Positions 54,283-57,992 of a DNA stretch of 57,992 bases are shown here, one piece after another. A model generated the notes under the pieces. That model was given only the letters and a program-made list of their open reading frames with translations, did no database searches and was not told the origin of the DNA. Made by a program: the position numbers and the translations under genes. This DNA comes from Girardia tigrina (taxonomy: Eukaryota). Each line of letters starts with the position of its first letter. Positions within the stretch are counted from its first letter, which is position 1. The DNA lies in assembly GCA_001938485.1 (NCBI GenBank), contig MQRK01236553.1, positions 10,903-68,894 on the forward strand. Direction: 5' to 3'.

Positions 54283-54846
54283 TTTAGATTAATTTCAGGA
54301 AGTAGTTGTAGCTCTTTTTGCATGACATAAATTGTTGATTTTATGCACATTTTACTGAAAATGAAATGCTGTTTTAAATTTAATATTTAAAATCTATTGT
54401 CAAAGTATTTCTGTAGCCGAATATTATATTTTAGCTGCGTATTGTCATTATAATCCTTTAAAATATTCGTTTTTTAGAATACTAAATCGATATTCACTTC
54501 GGCATTAAAATCAAGAAATAGTAAAGAGTAACCACTTATTATCATCTCAAATTAAAAACATGGAATTTTGTTATTAGACGAAAAGAAACGAGCAGTATCT
54601 ATGCGAAATCAATCGAAGTTATTCGAACTGATGGCCCAGTAGAAATAGTATCGACACCGGCAGAAGCAATGGCGAGTGCTAATCGAACGAATTCAGAATA
54701 TATCTCAGAATATGAAATCTCTCAAACTGTAAATGACGAAAGTCATGAAAAATGCCTTATCGAAGCCGCCGAAGATTTGAGTGGCCAATCAAAGCCTTAT
54801 TGTTATTATTATATTGGTAGCTGTGTTGCAATCCATGAATATACAA
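10772..54846 (+). CDS. F-BAR/HR1/SH3 protein, CIP4/FNBP1/FNBP1L (Toca) family; multi-exon, 3' incomplete. Exons: 10772-10795, 14205-14320, 14370-14582, 15453-15606, 15664-15939, 27103-27429, 46412-46464, 46516-46612, 53833-54093, 54478-54527, 54578-54846
   Basis: All introns are GT-AG with compatible phases and give one open frame. Family-like motifs: MSFQNELW (cf. MSWGTELW), SKADY...FN, KSGEIPPGPIAFKDF (cf. KSGFEPPGDIEFEDY), a coiled-coil HR1-like block, and the SH3 start IGSCVAIHEY. The 24-nt exon 1 and 116-nt exon 2 match the exon layout I recall for vertebrate FNBP1. Confidence 0.85.
12185..13030 (+). mobile_element. Penelope-like element relic (RT C-terminal half + GIY-YIG endonuclease)
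   Basis: YEGYVNDIL (YVDD-like), LHSSIKF, EVNNKLPF, YRKTTYT, VYKFKCHGHKNSYIIET (VY...C...YIG.T), ESLLI; many stops and frameshifts. Confidence 0.8.
13976..14020 (+). ncRNA. Minimal type-I hammerhead ribozyme-like motif (helix II decayed)
   Basis: TTCAGT-CTGAAGA-C-AAAG gaaaat CTGCC-GAAA-TTAA-TA-ACTAAA. Core boxes are intact and helix I pairs 5/6. Confidence 0.55.
14205..14320 (+). CDS. F-BAR gene exon 2
   Basis: TTTAG acceptor; DKPNSII...LDKLQKFV...; GTAACT donor, phase 2. Confidence 0.8.
14370..14582 (+). CDS. F-BAR gene exon 3
   Basis: Follows a 49-nt intron; helical sequence RIFEKF...KKDTKNWKNH; phase 2/2. Confidence 0.8.
15453..15606 (+). CDS. F-BAR gene exon 4
   Basis: CTCCAG acceptor; ...AYLKAEENKSLSRNQVDN; GTAAAC donor. 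Confidence 0.8.
15664..15939 (+). CDS. F-BAR gene exon 5
   Basis: TTCAG acceptor; QSKADYITVLDNFNKFQSNHY...SIDCVK; GTAGAA donor. Confidence 0.85.
16557..17094. mobile_element. hAT (Buster/Charlie-type) MITE, 538 bp
   Basis: Perfect 13-bp TIR CAGTGGTTCTCAA. Perfect 8-bp TSD ATTTAGAC (16549-16556 and 17095-17102) with central TA. Confidence 0.92.
17196..17773 (-). mobile_element. Fold-back/DINE-1(HINE)-like non-autonomous repeat, copy 1 (gapped)
   Basis: Near-identical to 22270-22685, 43634-44526 and 57527-end. ACCACGTTTTT subterminal inverted repeats and a (GTCT)n tract near one end. Confidence 0.75.
19380..19695 (+). mobile_element. mariner transposase 3' relic
   Basis: PHPPYSPNLAPTDFH, a KGI..L...W-like stretch, DANGEYFED*, then a TIR-like end. 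Confidence 0.8.
20875..21140. repeat. Degenerate AT-rich inverted repeat (hairpin), centre ~21012
   Basis: Arm pairs ATGAACTTTTC/GAAAAGTTCAT, ATTATTTTGAATTTGTT/AACAAATTCAAAATAAT and AAATTATTTTAT/ATAAAATAATTT. Confidence 0.8.
22270..22685 (-). mobile_element. Fold-back/DINE-1-like repeat, copy 2 (gapped)
   Basis: Same ends as copy 1. Confidence 0.75.
23130..23745 (-). mobile_element. mariner transposase relic
   Basis: Degenerate LCVWW, QYNNASPH (HDNARPH) and PQPLYLPNLAPSDLHL (HPPYSPDLAPSDYHL). Confidence 0.75.
24793..25088. mobile_element. Old Tc1/pogo-type MITE
   Basis: Degenerate TIRs AGTACCTTAA.TC / GGAATTAAGGTACTG followed by TA. Confidence 0.4.
25990..26830 (-). mobile_element. mariner transposase relic
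   Basis: HTH region NLDALRSCRPTDFNENRLNELL (L.D..RSGRP) and MHPQNSLDL (HPPYSPDL). Confidence 0.65.
27103..27429 (+). CDS. F-BAR gene exon 6
   Basis: DCSTLVNQEKSGEIPPGPIAFKDF, then a Ser-rich linker ending FFGGIKKTK. Confidence 0.85.
28540..28900 (-). mobile_element. piggyBac transposase N-terminal relic
   Basis: TADGTIWT followed by NFKGVNGPTLYTK. piggyBac-like subterminal motifs GGTCATTTTGA.CGG occur at ~29065 and ~30455. Confidence 0.45.
29087..30322 (+). mobile_element. Decayed full-length Tc1/mariner-superfamily element (DD37D/DD41D-like)
   Basis: Degenerate TIRs GGTGACCCAAAATTCACGATCAATCAAA / TTTGACTGGTCCTGCTTTTTGGGAGCCCC. Relic motifs SDE, PKVMIWA, EQGSEQAH (QQDGAPAH) and DLTSYNNALG (DLTPLDF.LWG). 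Confidence 0.65.
32725..33045 (-). pseudogene. PSMD5 (proteasome assembly chaperone S5b)-like fragment, downstream piece, in frame with the BEL ORF
   Basis: EDLLAHVNILETIGRLVEQQLGYELMTKSGILSKLNSGLLTVSQQPLYVEILLP matches, by eye, the PSMD5 pattern ED.L...N.LE....L.....G...L...G....L...L......P......LP. Confidence 0.6.
33040..35335 (-). mobile_element. BEL/Pao LTR retrotransposon internal fragment (gag, protease, RT N-terminal half); no LTRs seen
   Basis: DUF1759-like IPTFSGNVKEYESWRAAF, a triple Cys-His zinc finger, protease ALLDDASSGTYI, ARLTPLGW, RT PHFPVIR..K.TTKVRIVFDAA and GPKLQ..LLRFR. It stops before the YVDD region. Confidence 0.92.
35330..35815 (-). pseudogene. PSMD5-like fragment, upstream piece (frameshifted, gapped)
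   Basis: ILSFLNFYDETLYEISRDLARVLLKYF...LLKSLI and EFIEAIFDMVFIDNQILSSSAQKLLIE are ARM/HEAT-like helices collinear with the PSMD5 N-terminal region as I recall it. Confidence 0.45.
35999..36110. repeat. (TA)n microsatellite with gap
   Basis: Direct reading. Confidence 0.95.
36270..36620 (+). mobile_element. hAT (Buster/Charlie) transposase C-terminal dimerisation-domain relic
   Basis: SIYCCESTFSYLTLIKSK (STY.CE..FS....K.K). Confidence 0.7.
37720..38238 (+). mobile_element. MULE/Mutator transposase C-terminal relic and end
   Basis: FDIKMWNCY, KTNNYIEA*YRNF (RTNN..EGWH) and HPNI/WKFITAIKNEQ. Repeated GACCA.TTGGTC terminal motifs. Confidence 0.65.
40480..40862 (+). mobile_element. mariner transposase 3' relic
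   Basis: EHPP/YSPDLAPSDFLLFTRLKEHLRDKKF...RWTKCIDLLGDYVEK*; ends ...CACTCCTCG followed by TA. Confidence 0.85.
42022..42660 (-). mobile_element. pogo/Tigger-type deletion derivative (MITE) between (TA)n runs
   Basis: TIR AGTAGAACTCGGTTAA / TTAACCGAGTTCTACTG and repeated TAACCGAG subterminal motifs. Residual transposase C-terminus KKQTIISDYF on the minus strand. Confidence 0.85.
43634..44526 (-). mobile_element. Fold-back/DINE-1-like repeat, copy 3 (gapped)
   Basis: Same ends as copies 1 and 2; the start of the second hairpin arm is visible before the gap. Confidence 0.75.
46412..46464 (+). CDS. F-BAR gene exon 7 (HR1-like helix 1)
   Basis: CCAG acceptor, ESSNKSVQNEIESLEAL, GTAATT donor; phases fit. 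Confidence 0.6.
46516..46612 (+). CDS. F-BAR gene exon 8 (HR1-like helix 2)
   Basis: EEKLSLYASY...EIDDIKNKIESLKN; GTAAGA donor. Confidence 0.65.
47510..47717 (-). repeat. Penelope pseudo-LTR, inverted copy
   Basis: Reverse complement aligns over ~200 bp with 49427-49635; contains a hammerhead-like motif at 47555-47595. Confidence 0.75.
47718..49635 (+). mobile_element. 5'-truncated Penelope-like element (GIY-YIG end + pseudo-LTR), interrupted by a Tc1
   Basis: CNECNTIYIVDTSGHANKGIQEHSR...VAVHGKRC at 47718-47850; resumes after the Tc1 with ERFAYEAL..LDPNINVQ. Confidence 0.8.
47856..49341 (+). mobile_element. Full-length Tc1 DNA transposon (DD34E), transposase pseudogenised, 1486 bp
   Basis: 39-bp TIRs CAGTACGGATAAAATTAACCGGGACAA(G/A)CCTAAAATTTC with 1 mismatch; flanks CA/TA. 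HTH with GRKEKLT, then VIFSDE, FQQDNAPCH and SPIENVW with 34 residues between D and E. Stops and frameshifts are present. Confidence 0.95.
52110..52320 (-). mobile_element. Tc1 transposase fragment
   Basis: YIDILQNNLL...IFQQDNAPCHKSK. Confidence 0.75.
52901..53097. mobile_element. pogo-type MITE (~197 bp)
   Basis: TA flanks; TIR GTAAATCCTCTATAA / TTATAGAGGTTTTAC; internal CTCTATAA repeats. Confidence 0.7.
53833..54093 (+). CDS. F-BAR gene exon 9 (Ser/Arg-rich linker)
   Basis: ATCAG acceptor, open frame, GTAAGA donor, phase 0/0. Confidence 0.7.
54478..54527 (+). CDS. F-BAR gene exon 10
   Basis: TTTTAG acceptor and GTAACC donor; supplies the phase 0 to 2 change needed for the next exon. Confidence 0.65.
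54578..54846 (+). CDS. F-BAR gene exon 11 (ends at SH3 start)
   Basis: ...YIGSCVAIHEYT followed by a phase-1 GTAAGA donor. The rest of the SH3 was not found in the window. Confidence 0.75.
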
Positions 54847-54949
54847 GTAAGACAGATTAGTTTATTCCCGACTAGAAACATAATAAACTTTTAACAAAAT
54901 AAACATTAAATTAAATACAAAACGGCTTTTATAAAAATTATTTTCAAGA

Positions 54950-55385
54950 CCAATTATTTTTTACTGTATCACCGTCATCAACAGGTCATCAACTGTAGGA
55001 GAATCTAAGAACATGGTCGTAATGTAATTGTACATATTATTGCAGAACACAGAAAAGTTTCTGATTCACACACAAATATAAACATAAATAATTTTAAAAT
55101 TCAGTGTGCTCGTTGTAATAATTATTCGGAGAGAGTGGCCTTTGAAGCACTATGTATCAGATCTTTAGATCCTAAGATTAATGTGCAAACGGGTCTCTAC
55201 AAATTAATTGAAAGTGTTTAGATGATATAATTTCATTGAATTCATAATTACTATTTGCATATGTAAGCACATTTAAAATTCATATTTTTCGATGCCAAGA
55301 CGATGACGGTTATACCGTCGAAATTCATTTCCTTGAAAATCATTTTTTATATTTTTTGATAAACTAAATTGCAACTACCTTTAAT
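54950..55385 (+). mobile_element. Penelope-like 3' end (GIY-YIG tail + pseudo-LTR)
   Basis: NYSERVAFEALCIRSLDPKINVQ...*, homologous to 49370-49440; hammerhead-like motif at 55297-55330. Confidence 0.7.
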
Positions 55386-57289
55386 TATTTGAAACTTTAA
55401 ACATATATATTGTTAGAGTTGATTCTTCAGAATAGAAAATTTTGAATTTAAAAAGAAATTAGGATGCAAAGAAATTTAACTAATAACTACAGAATATCCT
55501 GAAAATTAAATTATTACTTAATCAATAAGTTTATGAAACTATAAGAAGAAAATTAATAAGTCCAAGTTTATCATTAACAAAAAATGTTCCTCAGAAGATT
55601 TAGTTAAAAATTAAATTAAAAAAAACAACGATTAATTATTTAAAAAAATAATGTTGTTTAAATAATGACAATTTTTTGGATTGGAAGTGGAAAATTGAAA
55701 AAACGTGTTTATTGTGGAAATAAATATTTATAATCGATTTTCGTTGTATTATTATTGAAGGTGTTGTGGTATTTTTTATTCTGTTTAATTGATTGTTGTT
55801 CGAGCACATGAGTTTAAATTCTGGTTCTACAATTGATACGATTCTAACATATTATTGAGTATTTATCCATTCGCACTTAAATTATTTTTTAGATTTAGGT
55901 TAGAACAACTTGGAATTATTGTAAATGCAAATCAACCTTATGAGGGTTTAATTTAAATTTGCATTTCGCCAAAATAATTTATTATTTTTTTAACATAAAA
56001 GTTAAAAAAAGCAAATAATTAAAAAAATCAAATATTTATTTAAAAATAAAAATTTTGGTGTTATGAGTCTTGATTCTAGTGATAATGATAGTGGCATAAA
56101 CGTTACTTACAAACCTAATTAGATTCTCTTGATGAGCATATTATTGGATTTCTTGAGTCTAATCTGTTTTGACAACCATTCTATAATGAACTGAAGTAAT
56201 ATTATTTCACGAGCTTTTAGTTTTAAGTATTTTGACTATTTGAATCATAAATAAATTATGGAAATGTGTTTAGTTGATCTGGAGATCTTATGAATAATTT
56301 TCATTCATTCTTGAAATAAATGTATGCAACTAAAATTACTTATGTGTATATTTAAGATTTGAAATCATATTTTGTCGAAAATCTCTAACATATGTTATGG
56401 AAATTCCTCAAAATTTGTTAATTTAAATCAGAGCTGTATAACTTCATAGTTTGAAGAGAATCTTACGATTACTTTCTTCGGAAAAGACCATTTTTACAAT
56501 TGCATCAGTGAAGAAAGTGAGTGGTAGTACTCTGTGATTGTATCTGAATGTGCACCTTTAAGTAAATAATTTGCTTGTGATAAATACAAAGTTTCACTAC
56601 TGTGTTACTTATATTTCTGTACCACTATAAGGAAGTTTTATTCACTTCGCGTAACATTATTGTCGTTTACTTAGATTTTTCTGTACCTTCAAGTATTTGA
56701 AAAATTGTAAAAAATATAACCATTGTACTTATAGTTACAACTTTTCTCGAATAATTTGTTTTGTATGGAATTTTGTCTTAAAATGGTGATTCTCCAACCC
56801 AGATGGTCAATTAATTAGTCGAATATTTCAATTTTTATAAGTAACTTGATAATTAAATGATGCTTTGAAAAGTTCACTAAATAAAAAGGAATACGAGAAA
56901 TTTGTTTTTGATAAATGCTTTTTTCTACATAATCTCTTTTCAGTTTTATTAAGAACACCAATTTGAGTTTTCATATTTTTATTAACACAACAGGTTTGAT
57001 TGTCCTTAAGACAATCTTTGTCAAAGCTTTCGTATGAGTGCATTCTAACTAAATTTATTAATAAATTTATTCTTATTATTTTTAGCAAAGGGAGAAATAA
57101 ATAATTGTTAAAATATATATTTAAAATTTTATTGGTTATAATTTAAATGATTTTCAATTATTTAAAAAAATATTACTTCAATTTATTTATTTAAAATTGT
57201 AAATAAAATTAATTAACATATTTATATTTTACCATTATTTTAAATTAGAAATAAATTTAAATATTATATATTTTTAGATAATAAGAATT

Positions 57290-57526
57290 CAAATATTAAT
57301 CATCCATCTGGGTAGGAGAGACACATTTCCAAATCAACATACATATTCAAACACAAAACATTCAAAATATTCCTCACACGTTTGATGCGCTTCATCCAAC
57401 AATGTTCCGAAGCAATTACGCCATTATGAAAGTGCTAGTCTTCCAATCCTTTGAAATAGTCATCGAAAACTGTTATTCTTTCTTCTGTGGAAAATCACTA
57501 TTCTGGAAAAAGTTTTGTCCGAAAGG
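57290..57526 (-). mobile_element. mariner-like 3' end relic, cut by the fold-back repeat
   Basis: DYFKGLED*HFHNGVIASEHCWMKRIK. The downstream non-coding part resembles 21300-21385 and 56745-56820. Confidence 0.55.
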
Positions 57527-57992
57527 ATTAAAAAAAAATTTTTTTATAAAAACAACCACGTTTTTCAAGCATTACCAATGCACTAGAAAGAGGAAAATAA
57601 TTTTTTTTCTAGACATGTGAGAAATTTTATACCTAACCCAAAAACGTGGGGCGGATTTCTGAATTACTGCTATTAGTAACTGCTATTTTCTCTTTACTGC
57701 TTTTTAGTAACAATCGATCATTTCTATGCCCCACGTTTTTGGTTAGGTATAAAATTTCTCACATGTCTAGAAAAAAAATATTTTCCTCTTTTTAGTGCAT
57801 TCGTAATGCTTGAAAAACGTGGTTGTTTTTATAAAAAAAATTTTTATTAATAATATTAACGGATAACATCAAGTAGTAGGTGGACATGAAATAGTAGGTG
57901 TAATGAAGTTTTCAAAAAATTTTCCACCTACTATTAAAATAGTTGGTGGAATCAAATAGTAGGTGTATCGTTTTTAAAGCAATTTATAAAAA
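57527..57992 (-). mobile_element. Fold-back/DINE-1-like repeat, copy 4; hairpin fully resolved, probably runs off the window
   Basis: Arms ~57530-57652 and ~57728-57850 are near-perfect reverse complements around a ~75-bp spacer. TAGTAGGTG repeats follow. Confidence 0.8.

Noticed and set aside
57860-57965. TAGTAGGTG repeats as a CRISPR-like array
   Set aside because: Too short, irregular, in mixed orientation and in a eukaryotic TE context.
1-57992. tRNA, rRNA or prokaryotic operon features
   Set aside because: None recognisable by eye; a tRNAscan/Infernal run would be needed to exclude small RNAs.

Overview
AT-rich eukaryotic (probably invertebrate animal) genomic DNA with scaffold gaps; not prokaryotic. 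One host gene runs on the + strand from 10772 past the window end. It is a divergent F-BAR/HR1/SH3 protein of the CIP4/FNBP1/Toca family, with 11 exons reconstructed by hand and introns either ~50 nt or 0.4-19 kb. Most of the rest is transposable-element material: the 3' end of one Ty3/Gypsy element, a near-complete 4.0-kb Gypsy element with 174-bp LTRs, a BEL/Pao gag-pro-RT fragment, a full-length Tc1 (DD34E), Penelope-like relics, mariner/hAT/MULE/piggyBac relics, several MITEs and four copies of a fold-back, DINE-1/HINE-like repeat. Three observations stand out. (1) The 4-kb Gypsy has no tRNA primer-binding site; its PBS position is instead complementary (14 bp, one bulge) to its own LTR, suggesting Tf1-style self-priming. 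(2) The BEL fragment is sandwiched between two collinear PSMD5-like pieces and is fused in frame to the downstream one. (3) There are four degenerate minimal hammerhead-ribozyme motifs, three of them in Penelope pseudo-LTRs. All family assignments come from motif recognition by eye; no database search was run.
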